DNA of 64,000 nt from a virus: IMG/VR virus record IMGVR_UViG_3300047509_000156, positions 32,001-96,000 of that record. One strand, written 5' to 3'. Every line of letters begins with the position of its first letter. The stretch's first letter is position 1. A model generated the notes under the pieces. It saw only the letters and a program-made list of their open reading frames with translations. It did not search any database and was not told the origin of the DNA. Position numbers and translations under genes: made by a program. Shown in pieces: positions 1 to 9,646 of the stretch.

Positions 1-230
1 TCGTCTACCCAGAAAAGGTGGCTAATGGGCGTGTTTTCTCGACTGTACGTAAGGACGGAATCGACGATACCGTTGCGAACCTCGGCGATTTCTCCCCCCA
101 CGCCGTCGCGGAGGTAGAAGATGCACTTGCCGGCGAAATTGCTGAGGAGTACGGATTGCATACAGCGCGCCCAGAAAATGGAGACTACCCCTAGGCTGGG
201 AGTGCAAAATGCCACATTTTCCTTTGCCAT
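1..230 (-). CDS. GT-A fold glycosyltransferase-like protein, N-terminus only (runs off the window)
   Basis: Manual translation, not in ORF track: MAKENVAFCTPSLG...EIAEVRNGIV...HLFWVD; RN plus FWVD(D) pattern resembles the N-terminal domain of 19913..21751. Confidence 0.65.
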   Translation of the reverse strand, partial: MAKENVAFCTPSLGVVSIFWARCMQSVLLSNFAGKCIFYLRDGVGGEIAEVRNGIVDSVLTYSRENTPISHLFWVD

Positions 231-327
231 CTTGATGATTCCTCATAGAATAAACGGGCCGGCGACGTGTTGATGCACGCCAACCGGCTCTAGCCAAAGA
301 AGATCCTTCTCAAGAAAGGACCCGTCA

Positions 328-1089
328 ATGGATACCCCTCAGTTTCCGGAAAACAACTGGAGAATTCAAGACCTGCGAGGCCACGAGCCGTTCGGCAGAC
401 TCACCGTCATCGCCTTTGCTGGCTTCAGGGGCAAGAGAAACTACTGTATGTGGCTTTGCCGGTGCGAGTGCGGCAACGAAACCGTCTGCATCGGCAGTAA
501 TCTTCTTTCCGGTCATGCACAAAGTTGCGGGTGTCTGTGCAGGGAGAAGATAGTCGCCGCCGTCAGAACGCACGGATACACCAGTATCAAAGGCAAGTCG
601 CGTCGCTACATCAATTGGCAATCCATGCTCGGCAGGTGTTGTAACGAGAAAAACAGGAACTACCCCGGATACGGCGGCAGGGGAATAACCGTTTGCGAGC
701 GCTGGCGCAATTCGTTCCCAGATTTTCTTCATGATCTTGGCGATCCTCCATCTCCAAAGCATACCGTTGATCGCATCGACAACGACGGCGGTTACTGGTG
801 CGGCAAGGCTGAGTGTCCAGAGTGCGGACCACTCAAGAGGATTCCCAACTGTCGCTGGGCCACAAAGAAGGAGCAGAGTCTCAACAGGAGAAACAATCGT
901 CGCCTCACCTACGATGGTTTGACACTAACGGTTTCTGAGTGGGCGGAAAGGACGGGTATTTCAAGGATAACTCTCGCTGGCCGTCTGAAACGCGGATGGT
1001 CTATTGAGAAGACTCTGACGCAACCGGTAACTCGATCTCGTCCTCACAATACCGCCACGGATCGTCAGGTAACCGATCCCCACGGCTAA
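328..1089 (+). CDS. HNH-type homing endonuclease, free-standing, antisense to neighbours
   Basis: WLCRCECG, SCGC, WQSMLGRC, YGGRGITVCERW, DRIDNDGGY, NCRWAT, SEWAE motifs. Confidence 0.85.
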   Translation: MDTPQFPENNWRIQDLRGHEPFGRLTVIAFAGFRGKRNYCMWLCRCECGNETVCIGSNLLSGHAQSCGCLCREKIVAAVRTHGYTSIKGKSRRYINWQSMLGRCCNEKNRNYPGYGGRGITVCERWRNSFPDFLHDLGDPPSPKHTVDRIDNDGGYWCGKAECPECGPLKRIPNCRWATKKEQSLNRRNNRRLTYDGLTLTVSEWAERTGISRITLAGRLKRGWSIEKTLTQPVTRSRPHNTATDRQVTDPHG

Positions 1090-2315
1090 AGCCGGGGGCT
1101 TTCCGGCTGACTACGCACTAATGGTATGCGCCGTAGTCGCCAGTTCTATGGCCAGGTTACAAGTGGCCAGAGCACTCAGATTGAGTGCGGCGTTCCAATC
1201 GGCGTTGCAGGAGAAACCGCAGTGCAGACAGACAAACTGAGCCTGACTCTTGCGGTTGGCCTTCTCGCAGTGTTGGCAAGCGCTGCAAGTGCGGCTGGTG
1301 TTCCGTGGATCGACAGCCATGACGGGCACACCTTCCCTCAACGCCTTGTAGTCGATGAAGCTGCGAAGCTGGTGGAACGCCCAGCCCGACAGCCTGTTGC
1401 GTGCATCACCGCCCCTGGCTCTGATCCGTTCGCGTATACCCTTGAGTTCTTCAAGAGCAATCCCGCGCCCGGTGCGTTTGGCGGATTCGACGATGCGCCG
1501 ACTGATGACGTGGTTTTCATGCCGGCGGAACCTGGCTTCCTTGCTGGCGATCCGCTTCAGCTTCTTCTTCGCCCCCTTCGTGTTCCGGCGCTGAAGGCGT
1601 TCGCGCTGGAGGTTGTGCTTGCGGCGAACCTTCTCCACCGGCTTGCCGGAGTAGGCGTTGCCGTCGCTGTCCGTGGCGATCTGCGCTATTCCCAGATCGA
1701 CGCCAAGGAACTCGGTTGCCTTGATCGGCTCGGGCGCTTCGTCGATCAACTGGACGTGGAGGAAGTAACCGCCATCGCGCCGCTTGACGAGAGTTGCCGA
1801 AGTCGGCTTGCGGCCCTTGAGTGCTGCCTTCTGCCGTTCGCCGAGTTCCGTGGCGATGCGAGCGCGGCCCGAGAGCATGGTCAGGCCGAACGTCCAGTTC
1901 CATTCGTGGAAGGAGAAAATACGAGCATCGTAGTCGATGCTGGTGGGCGCGAAGCCCGAGTGCATCTTCTCCGGCACCTTGAGTGCGTTGCAAGCCCTGG
2001 CAATGGCCCTGATCGCCAGGTTGGCGGACAGTCCGAAGTTCGCCCTGATGGCATGGTAGGCTTCCTTCTGCACCGTCACCTTGTTCGTGGAGTTGATGCG
2101 CCTGGCCGTGTCGGCGGCATACTCGCACCCCTGAGCGAACGCCTGCAAGGTGGCGTCGATGTCGGAAGCCTGCTCTTGCGTCGGGATCAGCTTGCAGACG
2201 ATGGTGCGGATGGTTTCCATAAGGGACATTCTATCACAGGAAGTATTCACAGTGCAAGGTCGGCAGGCGACCGTTCTACCCCATGCCTGAAGGCAGGGGC
2301 TTCCAGGATCGTCAG
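1069..2315 (-). mobile_element. IS200/IS605-family (IS1341-like, tnpB-only) element 1
   Basis: Minus strand: TCAC|...GAAG-CCCCTGCCTTCAGGCATGGGG left-end hairpin; AAAG-CCCCCGGCTTTAGCCGTGGGG...TTAC right end; guide/cleavage tetranucleotides fit IS608 pairing rules; no tnpA. Confidence 0.85.
1111..2220 (-). CDS. tnpB: RNA-guided endonuclease TnpB
   Basis: RuvC motifs GVDLG / ALEEL / NADWNAA, Zn finger CSAC...CLHC; likely start METIRTIVCKL. Confidence 0.92.
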   Translation of the reverse strand: METIRTIVCKLIPTQEQASDIDATLQAFAQGCEYAADTARRINSTNKVTVQKEAYHAIRANFGLSANLAIRAIARACNALKVPEKMHSGFAPTSIDYDARIFSFHEWNWTFGLTMLSGRARIATELGERQKAALKGRKPTSATLVKRRDGGYFLHVQLIDEAPEPIKATEFLGVDLGIAQIATDSDGNAYSGKPVEKVRRKHNLQRERLQRRNTKGAKKKLKRIASKEARFRRHENHVISRRIVESAKRTGRGIALEELKGIRERIRARGGDARNRLSGWAFHQLRSFIDYKALREGVPVMAVDPRNTSRTCSACQHCEKANRKSQAQFVCLHCGFSCNADWNAALNLSALATCNLAIELATTAHTISA

Positions 2316-2511
2316 GTGACTTCCTGCCCCACTGACAGTTGACGTGTCCCTGTATCTTGAGGATCTCTTCTTCGGTGATGATCCAATGTTTCTCGCAAGA
2401 CCAGCACTTGACGGCATCGATATCCGGCTTTGAGCAGTCCTCAACGTCGCCGTCGTTGATCCAGTTCGCCTTGCCGCAGTGTGGGCAGGGGAGTCGATGC
2501 CAGGTGTCCAT
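2316..2511 (-). pseudogene. Small Zn-finger gene interrupted by IS element 1 (3' remainder at about 1002-1068)
   Basis: CPHC...CWSC; removing the element gives ...GRKSPDDPWRYCEDEIELPVASESSQ*. Confidence 0.6.
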
Positions 2512-2658
2512 GTTGATTCCTCCTCTCCTTGTTCCTGCTGGCGAGTATCCTCCTCGCCTTGTTCAGGTAATAGAGAACTCCTATCCAGTAGATGATCTGC
2601 GCAAAGATCATGATGGCGTTAAGCGCGACAGCGATCTTTAACAAGTCGTAGTTTATTC

Positions 2659-3213
2659 TCAGTCTCTTCTGGTTAGCGTAACCTCTAGGTCATCTACCAC
2701 ATTCAGGTAGTGCCGGACACCCTGTAACTTCGTCACATCGTCAGGGAAGTCTACCTCTGGATTGTAGATGTGCCTGTAGGTGTAGTCGAAGTTGCACTTG
2801 ATCGGGTAGTGCCCCAACTTGTTCTCTTGCCGCCACTGCCGGGAGAAGTAGAGGTAGGACTGCTCCACGATGGGCGGGAAGAGATGTGTAGGATCACTAA
2901 CGGCACGCCAACTTGACCAGTAGGGCGTGATGATAACAGCCTTGCCGCCGGGGGCGAGGATTCGCCATAGTTCGTCGAAGAAGGCCATTCTTTCCGTGCC
3001 GTTCAGATGTTCAACGAAGTGGGCACACCGAACAGGCTCGACAGGTTCACCAATAAAATCCAGCCAGGGCCAGGGAGTGATGCGTAGATCCCACACCACA
3101 TCAGCGTCCGTGTCTCGCGATATATCAACGCCGACATGACCAGGCGCTTTCCGCCGGCCGCAAGCCAGATCAAGTTTAATGCCCACGGGTGGAGGACCTA
3201 GATTAATGCCCAT
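2659..3213 (-). CDS. Class I SAM-dependent methyltransferase
   Basis: KLDLACG, VGVDI, DVVWDL, HFVEHL, ELWRILAPGG, DPTH. Confidence 0.85.
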   Translation of the reverse strand: MGINLGPPPVGIKLDLACGRRKAPGHVGVDISRDTDADVVWDLRITPWPWLDFIGEPVEPVRCAHFVEHLNGTERMAFFDELWRILAPGGKAVIITPYWSSWRAVSDPTHLFPPIVEQSYLYFSRQWRQENKLGHYPIKCNFDYTYRHIYNPEVDFPDDVTKLQGVRHYLNVVDDLEVTLTRRD

Positions 3214-3673
3214 AAGTGGGGACCGGGTAAGGTGTCTCGCGGAGGAGCATTTGCAGGCCGACAGAGAGATTTTGGTCCTCGTAGAGCTGGAGCAGTTCCA
3301 CGTCGGAGAGGTAGCGGCCGTATTTCGACAACATCTCGTCTTCGAGTTTGCGGTTGAACTCTTCCTCGCTGCCCACCATGCCGGCAAAGCAAGCGGGGTC
3401 GCGATCGTAGCATTTACGGCAGATCAAGGCGATATGAACCGTCGTATCCTTGGGCACCTTGGAGAGCCACTTGCCGCAACTAACGCAGTAGGCTGGTATC
3501 GCCTCGACACGGACGCGGGTTCCGTCGGCGCATTCCCAAAGGCCTTGCTCCGAGCGGGCGTTTTTATCCGCGAGTCGGCTGTCAGGGAGAACGTTGAACT
3601 TGCTGGCGCCGCCCAAGAGGTGGGCCGTGAAATCGATGATGTGGGAGTTATCCGTCGTGATCTCGTTTTGCAT
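3203..3673 (-). CDS. Hypothetical Zn-binding protein
   Basis: CVSC...CRKC; GGAGG RBS. Confidence 0.6.
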   Translation of the reverse strand: MQNEITTDNSHIIDFTAHLLGGASKFNVLPDSRLADKNARSEQGLWECADGTRVRVEAIPAYCVSCGKWLSKVPKDTTVHIALICRKCYDRDPACFAGMVGSEEEFNRKLEDEMLSKYGRYLSDVELLQLYEDQNLSVGLQMLLRETPYPVPTYGH

Positions 3674-3697
3674 CTGTCACCTCCGCGAGACATTGTA

Positions 3698-4381
3698 TCA
3701 CCAACCGTCTAATGGATTCCACGTCAGCCCCGATTCATCCTCGACCGTTGCCGGCCCCTTGATGGCAATAGACAATCCCACCCAGGGCGAGGACAGGCTG
3801 TTGACGGCCGTCTGGGTATCCCCAGCACCACCGGCTGTCACGGTGAGATGCCGCCAGCCCACGTCGGCGTTGAGTAGGGCGCCGCTGCCCGTTACCTGTC
3901 CCAGATCCGTCTGGGGTGAGTCCACGCTGATAGTCCCGGCCACGACGCCCCAGCCGGCGATGATGAGGTACTGCCCGCCTGCACTCAGCCCCGTATTGCC
4001 GCCATCGTCGAGACGGGTGTTCGTGTTCGTGTCACCTGTCGATAGGACGACAATCGGCCCCGATGCCTGCCCCGTGACTCGACAGACATAGACGATGGAC
4101 TCCGATCCCAAACCGGCGCCGTTGAACGCCTGCGTCGCCCCTTCACCACTGGCAATCTTCGTGTAGATGGCCAGATCACCCACACCGCCGTGCCAGGACT
4201 GCCTGGGTAACTGGAGCGTCCAGCCGGCCGGCGTCGTCGGGTTGGCAACGACTCCATTGGAAAACTCCAGCGCCACCAACAAATTGCCATCCACTGTCCC
4301 TGATGGCGTAGTCGGAGTCATACCTGTGCCGGCGCCGCCGTTGTCGGCTGTGGAGAAACTGGCTAGCGTCGGGAAGGACAT
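3698..4381 (-). CDS. Putative tail-tip/fibre protein
   Basis: Gly/Thr/Ala-rich beta-type composition, TPAGWT motif, distal tail position. Confidence 0.5.
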   Translation of the reverse strand: MSFPTLASFSTADNGGAGTGMTPTTPSGTVDGNLLVALEFSNGVVANPTTPAGWTLQLPRQSWHGGVGDLAIYTKIASGEGATQAFNGAGLGSESIVYVCRVTGQASGPIVVLSTGDTNTNTRLDDGGNTGLSAGGQYLIIAGWGVVAGTISVDSPQTDLGQVTGSGALLNADVGWRHLTVTAGGAGDTQTAVNSLSSPWVGLSIAIKGPATVEDESGLTWNPLDGW

Positions 4382-4394
4382 CAGGGGTCCTTTC

Positions 4395-5942
4395 TCAGGG
4401 ATAGGGGGCGAATCCTACCAGAACGCCCTTGATGTAGGTGGCGATAAAAAATCCATTCAGTCCTTGAAAGACCTGGGCGCCCGTAAAGCCAGGAATAATG
4501 CTGCCGTTATTGATAAAGCCAGCAGAGCAGATGCCGAAGTTAAAGCCTCCAGTCAGCGGGTTGGCACTAATATCGCCACAGGTGACGCTCGGTACCGTGT
4601 TAAAAAAGGAAGTGGTGATGTAGACGCCGTTGGGCGGGTTTTGGATGTCGGCCAGGATGATCCGGTAGCCGCCCAAAAGCGCCTGGTTGGTCGGGTTAGG
4701 AAACGGCCCCACATCCAGAAAGGGAGAGCCAGGAAGCGTTGGACTGCCGAAGTTTGGCTGGCGTATCTGGAAATGCTGGTAGTTGAGCGAATCGACATAG
4801 TAGCGTAGCCCACCAAGAATGGTTGAACTGTTGGGATCGGGGGCGAGCGGCGTCGCCACGTCTACCAGTTCGATAGTAAGTTCCGGCCCCGTCACCTGAT
4901 TGGGCAAGCTCACGCCATACCAGCTTCCACCTACCTCCTGACTCCAGAAAGATCCGGAAACTCGTACTCCGTAATAGCCCTGGGCGGCGTCTGTTCCTGT
5001 AACAAACAGGAGTGTGCCAAGGATATTCTTGTCGCCGTTGAGAGTTTGCGGGCCGACAGTGATGATGCCGTTGTGGGTCGGATCGGCGAGAACCATATCC
5101 ACCGTAACTTCGACGGCCGTGTCCGGCGTGTAGATGTTCTTGTCCTTGCCGATGTCGAAGTACGTCAGGAATGGAGCACTCCACGAGTTTAAAAAGCCGA
5201 TCGCCGTCTGCATAAGAACGGTCGTGCCAGGAGTCGTTGAGAGGGGTAAACCGACGAGATACTCAATACTGTTAAATCCCTGTAACGTCTTGTTGAATTG
5301 CAACTCGCTGGGAGCAGGATAGGTAGGGTCTTTCAGAAGAATTGGCGTGCCGCCAAAGATCGGATAGTTGAGTCCATCGACATCGTTGTCGTCGAGACTT
5401 GTGATGCCTGTATCTTTGAACAGCCAGGTAGCGGGTTGCTGGTACATTGGATCGGGGATGTAGAGTGTCGCTTCCTGTTCGTATCCAGGAGTCAGGTACT
5501 GATAAGAACCAATCCTGACGCTCAGTTTTCCCGTTACTTCGTAGCAAATGCCGTAGCAGCCGCCGTCGAACGTCTGCTGGATAAACGGCTGACTCGGCGT
5601 GGACTGGTTGTAAGGCACATTAGTCGTCGTCATGACGAACTCCTGCGCCATGACCAGATTGCGCGGGTCGCTCACCCGGTAATCGACGATCTGCTGAAAG
5701 TAGTAAAGAGGCGTAACCAGACTGAGGCCGTTGTAGACGGCCACCTGTTGGCCGACGATCTTTACCCACATGGGCTTTTGTGCCACCTGGCGCGCCGATC
5801 TTGGCGGACTCACGTCTCCAGCGTCGCCGCCAAACTGATCCACGTCCCTCTGAACGCGGTCATCCAGACGCGCCAACTCGCTGAGGCGGATCGGCTGCCG
5901 AGAGTCCATCTTCCAGTCGGGGTGGTTCTTTGGATTGTCCAT
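4395..5942 (-). CDS. Putative tail-tip/receptor-binding protein
   Basis: 515 aa, second gene after tape measure; TVGPQTLNGDK fibre-like motif. Confidence 0.55.
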   Translation of the reverse strand: MDNPKNHPDWKMDSRQPIRLSELARLDDRVQRDVDQFGGDAGDVSPPRSARQVAQKPMWVKIVGQQVAVYNGLSLVTPLYYFQQIVDYRVSDPRNLVMAQEFVMTTTNVPYNQSTPSQPFIQQTFDGGCYGICYEVTGKLSVRIGSYQYLTPGYEQEATLYIPDPMYQQPATWLFKDTGITSLDDNDVDGLNYPIFGGTPILLKDPTYPAPSELQFNKTLQGFNSIEYLVGLPLSTTPGTTVLMQTAIGFLNSWSAPFLTYFDIGKDKNIYTPDTAVEVTVDMVLADPTHNGIITVGPQTLNGDKNILGTLLFVTGTDAAQGYYGVRVSGSFWSQEVGGSWYGVSLPNQVTGPELTIELVDVATPLAPDPNSSTILGGLRYYVDSLNYQHFQIRQPNFGSPTLPGSPFLDVGPFPNPTNQALLGGYRIILADIQNPPNGVYITTSFFNTVPSVTCGDISANPLTGGFNFGICSAGFINNGSIIPGFTGAQVFQGLNGFFIATYIKGVLVGFAPYP

Positions 5943-5944
5943 GT

Positions 5945-7162
5945 TTAGCTGAGGATAAAGTCGGGTGCAAAAAGATAGGCCGGGTTTCTAGCCTGAAAGA
6001 ATTCGGTGCCGTTAAATGTCGCCGTCTTGTAGGGAACAATTCCAAAGGGATCGTTTTGTATCGGCGTTGTCGTGCCGCTCGACGAGAAGGGCCACCAGTA
6101 GAACTGACCGTTGTACACCCTGGGAACGGCATTGTGACCGGCAGCCACGCTGGTTCCCGCTGGTACCGTGGCGTCCCAGCCGGCGAGAGTCCAGTTGGGC
6201 TGGAAAAGGAAGTTGTGCGCCACGTTCATGACACGATAACCCAAAGGTGAATAGCCTGGCTCAAACTCGGAGGTAAGATATTTGAGCGTCCCCGGAGGGT
6301 AGCGATCGAAACTGAACTGGTTTACCGTGTTGGCGAGTATGGCAATCGTGTTAAAGGGAATGGCGGAATAGGGAACGTTCATCCACACGTAACGAATATA
6401 GGCACGGAATACTGGGACGATTAATCCAGAAGGTACGAAGGGAGGTTCCAGCGTTGCCGGGTCGCTGGTCAGTCTGTTGTATCGTGGCGGTCCCTGGGGA
6501 ATCTCAACCGTCGTTGGCGCCGGCTTGATGTACTTGGCAATGTAACGGCTGCTTTCCCAGCCGTAGTAGCCCAGAATAAATCCCTCGTGCGGGTTAGCGT
6601 TGTCGAAACTTCCGTAGGCCGGTGGAACGCTGCCCATCAGCGTGGTGGCAAAAGCGTCGTTGTAGATGTAATAGGGTAAGGCGTTGTACTCGACCGTGAA
6701 GCGAACCGCGTCGTAGACCGGAGTTGGACCCCACGTCACAGGAATCGTGGACAGTCCAGTTGGTTCCGCCGCACCCTTACCCATCGGTTCGGCTCTGGGG
6801 ATCGACGTGGCCCACAGAAACGGTACGCCGTTGGGGCTGAAAGGAAGAACGGGCGGATTCGTGTCCGGATCGGGCACGGGAGGATAATAAGCTGGTACGG
6901 CTCGCGAGAGATACTTGGTCGGCCTACCAAGGACGCTGTTGCCGTTCTGGACGTTGGCAAAGCCAAGAAGCGCCTTGGCGGCGGCGTGCCGGCCGCCGTC
7001 GTCGGTGTTGGTGTATTTCGGGTTGGGCGGCGGCGTCTTGTAGGCCAGGCGGGTTTTGAGGGTGCGGATAAATCTGCCGGAGTCGGAGGCATACTGGCTC
7101 TCGGGCGACTTGTGGCCACCAGCCTCGCATTCTTCCTGGAATTCCACACCGTTGATGTTCAT
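5945..7162 (-). CDS. Putative distal tail/hub protein
   Basis: 405 aa directly after tape measure; Pro/Tyr-rich. Confidence 0.55.
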   Translation of the reverse strand: MNINGVEFQEECEAGGHKSPESQYASDSGRFIRTLKTRLAYKTPPPNPKYTNTDDGGRHAAAKALLGFANVQNGNSVLGRPTKYLSRAVPAYYPPVPDPDTNPPVLPFSPNGVPFLWATSIPRAEPMGKGAAEPTGLSTIPVTWGPTPVYDAVRFTVEYNALPYYIYNDAFATTLMGSVPPAYGSFDNANPHEGFILGYYGWESSRYIAKYIKPAPTTVEIPQGPPRYNRLTSDPATLEPPFVPSGLIVPVFRAYIRYVWMNVPYSAIPFNTIAILANTVNQFSFDRYPPGTLKYLTSEFEPGYSPLGYRVMNVAHNFLFQPNWTLAGWDATVPAGTSVAAGHNAVPRVYNGQFYWWPFSSSGTTTPIQNDPFGIVPYKTATFNGTEFFQARNPAYLFAPDFILS

Positions 7163-7165
7163 AAC

Positions 7166-9244
7166 TCACCGAAAGGCTGGGAAGATGTTCTGTGTGTTTC
7201 GGTCGATATTTTCCAGGCTGCCGCCGAGAGCCTTGAGATTTTGCATCTGAAGCTGAAAGAGTCGATTCTCGACGCTGCCGGCACCCATATTGATGGAGCG
7301 GTCCACGAGTCTCTGGTAGGACTCCTCCGCACCCATCATGCCGCCTTTCGGCAAACCCTGCATGGAAAAAAGATCGGTTTTTTCACCCATTATTCTAAGT
7401 CCAAGGTTCGTTGCCGCACGGCGTAAAGCCAGAGAGCCTGTGCTCTCGGCAAGTTTAGCCTTGAATATCTCCCATGCTCCAGCGGCACGGCCGGCTTCCT
7501 GCGGCGATGCGGCAGCGACGATGGAGTCAAACATATGCTTAACGGCGGACATCGCCTCGGCGCCTCCAGCAGCGGCCATGCCGGCATCCTTGCTGGCAAT
7601 ACCACCAGCAAGCCGTCCTGCTCCGCCAGCCAAACGGCCTAAATCGCCGCCGGCACGGCTAACAGCCTCGGCGCCACGCATAAAGGTAGCGGCGGCGCGA
7701 CCGTACTTGTCGTCCATCTGCTGGCGGGCGATCTCCTTCTGGAGGTTAATGAGTTCTTTCTGGTCCTGGGCATCCTGTTGGCGTTGTTCCTTTCCTGCTG
7801 GAGACGACATGGCTGTCAGTTGGTTACGACGCTCCAGGATCTCCTTCTGAAGTTCGACGCCGTGCAGTTGACGCTGATGGAGATACTCCGCTTGCTCGTG
7901 CTGGCGGACTGTTGGGTCTTGCCGCATTGCCAGGTTCGCCCTGGCTTCTGCTATCTCCTGTCTCTGCTGGGAAGGACGAATAACTTCCTGTATCTTGCGC
8001 AGTTCCGCCTGTTCGTTCTGAAGCCTCTGCGCCATCGCCTTGCCTTCATCGCTCATACCGAATCGCAACTCTTGTTTCTGGGCACGAACTTCTTCGATGC
8101 GCGCCTGTGCTGCTCTTTCGGGAGCCTTGAGCATCTCACGACTTCTCGCGTCCCTGGCAATGCGCTCTGCTTCTGCGTCTTCCTTATCGGTAAACGGACG
8201 CAGTTCTGCCTTAATCTGTTCGGCGGCACGCATGGCATCGATACGCGCCAACGATTCGCCCACGGCGGCATCGCGAGCTACGGCGTTTGTCCTGAGCAGT
8301 TCAAGTTGCTTTTCAAGATTGTCTCGATCGTCCCGTGCCGCTCTGAGTCTCTTATCGGCGGCTTCCAGTGCCTTATCCTCTGTCAGTTGTTTTCCTTCCG
8401 GGGAGAACGTCTTGATCTCCCTTTCCTTCTCGGCAATACCCCTCTGGAGTTGCATGGTTCGCGACTCTTCCGCGAACCTCTGTCTCTCCTGTGCTTCTCC
8501 TGCTGGTTTGTTGAGCAGATCCAACCTCTTCTGGAGTTCGTCCGCGTCGCTCTTACGTCCTTCTTCAGCGATACGCTGCTGCTGTTCGTACAACTCGTCG
8601 GCGCGTGGTTTCCCTTGGCCTTGGAGGAAGGCACGACTTTCCTCCATACGATCAGCCTGGGCACGAGCGTCGCTGATGGCTTTATCCAGTGCTGCTGTAC
8701 GGTTTTCGTCGGTTAATGGTTTGCCGACGCCCGTCTCAAAGGATCGCTGTGCCTGCTTCTCCGCTGTCTCGGTGCGCGTCACCTGGAGTGACGCCCTGGC
8801 TTCCTCGATCCGCCGTGCCGTGTCAGCAGGCTGGCTGATTTGTGTTCTCTGCGCCGCTGAAGTGATCTGCTCCTGCATCGCCTGCCGTGTCTGTCTGGCA
8901 ATGGCAAGTTGGGCAATCGCAGCGGCGTTTTGCTCCGTCAGAGGATTGACGCCAGGCTGCAACTGGCCCATGCGGGCTTGCTCGACGCGCCGTGCCATCT
9001 GGAGAACAGACGACTGAGCGTGAATGGCATCCTGAAGGAACTGCTCAATGAGAGGTGGGACAAGCGGGTTGTTTAATCCGCCGCCTGGACCGCCAGGAAG
9101 GCTTTCGATCTGCGACTTTATCCTCTGCCGTGTCAGATCGATAGCGGCGTTCGATTGGATCGTCTGCGTCATCCCTTCCAGAGTGGCAATAAGCCTCTCC
9201 AGAAGGTGTGCCGGCCCCAATCCTTCCAGTGAGCGTTCCGCCAT
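7166..9244 (-). CDS. Tail tape measure protein
   Basis: 692 aa helical A/E/Q/R-rich with Gly/Ala-rich segment; follows frameshifted chaperone pair. Confidence 0.75.
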   Translation of the reverse strand: MAERSLEGLGPAHLLERLIATLEGMTQTIQSNAAIDLTRQRIKSQIESLPGGPGGGLNNPLVPPLIEQFLQDAIHAQSSVLQMARRVEQARMGQLQPGVNPLTEQNAAAIAQLAIARQTRQAMQEQITSAAQRTQISQPADTARRIEEARASLQVTRTETAEKQAQRSFETGVGKPLTDENRTAALDKAISDARAQADRMEESRAFLQGQGKPRADELYEQQQRIAEEGRKSDADELQKRLDLLNKPAGEAQERQRFAEESRTMQLQRGIAEKEREIKTFSPEGKQLTEDKALEAADKRLRAARDDRDNLEKQLELLRTNAVARDAAVGESLARIDAMRAAEQIKAELRPFTDKEDAEAERIARDARSREMLKAPERAAQARIEEVRAQKQELRFGMSDEGKAMAQRLQNEQAELRKIQEVIRPSQQRQEIAEARANLAMRQDPTVRQHEQAEYLHQRQLHGVELQKEILERRNQLTAMSSPAGKEQRQQDAQDQKELINLQKEIARQQMDDKYGRAAATFMRGAEAVSRAGGDLGRLAGGAGRLAGGIASKDAGMAAAGGAEAMSAVKHMFDSIVAAASPQEAGRAAGAWEIFKAKLAESTGSLALRRAATNLGLRIMGEKTDLFSMQGLPKGGMMGAEESYQRLVDRSINMGAGSVENRLFQLQMQNLKALGGSLENIDRNTQNIFPAFR

Positions 9245-9247
9245 AGA

Positions 9248-9646
9248 TCACCTGAACGTCGGTTGTTCCCGTTCCCCTGCTTCCATTCGCCAGCGGTTCT
9301 CCTCTTCCTGTTGCTTCTTCCTGTTTACCGCCTCTGCTGCCCATTGTGTTGACCGTCTCCAGCCAAACCCCTCGTTCAGGTGCTTATTCCTCATCGTCTC
9401 GTAGAAGTTGTCCTCGTACTCGTCCACGAGGATCTGGCCGAACTCATCGGTTGCCGAGCAGAGTAGGCGGAATATTTCCCATCTTGTAAGTGTTCCTACT
9501 TCATCGCGGCTCATACGCCAGGGGGCACGACGGAAGAGGGCGTAGACTCTGCGGTGGAAGGTGTAGGGACGACCGTCGCCAAGAATGGTGAACTTCCAGT
9601 TTCCGTTATCGTTTCCCCGCTCATCGGCGGGGCTTGTCCGTTTCCC
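9248..9646 (-). CDS. Tail assembly chaperone, -1 frameshift extension (gpGT-like)
   Basis: Open -1 frame entered at G GGA AAC (9640-9646). Confidence 0.7.
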   Translation of the reverse strand, partial: GKRTSPADERGNDNGNWKFTILGDGRPYTFHRRVYALFRRAPWRMSRDEVGTLTRWEIFRLLCSATDEFGQILVDEYEDNFYETMRNKHLNEGFGWRRSTQWAAEAVNRKKQQEEENRWRMEAGEREQPTFR

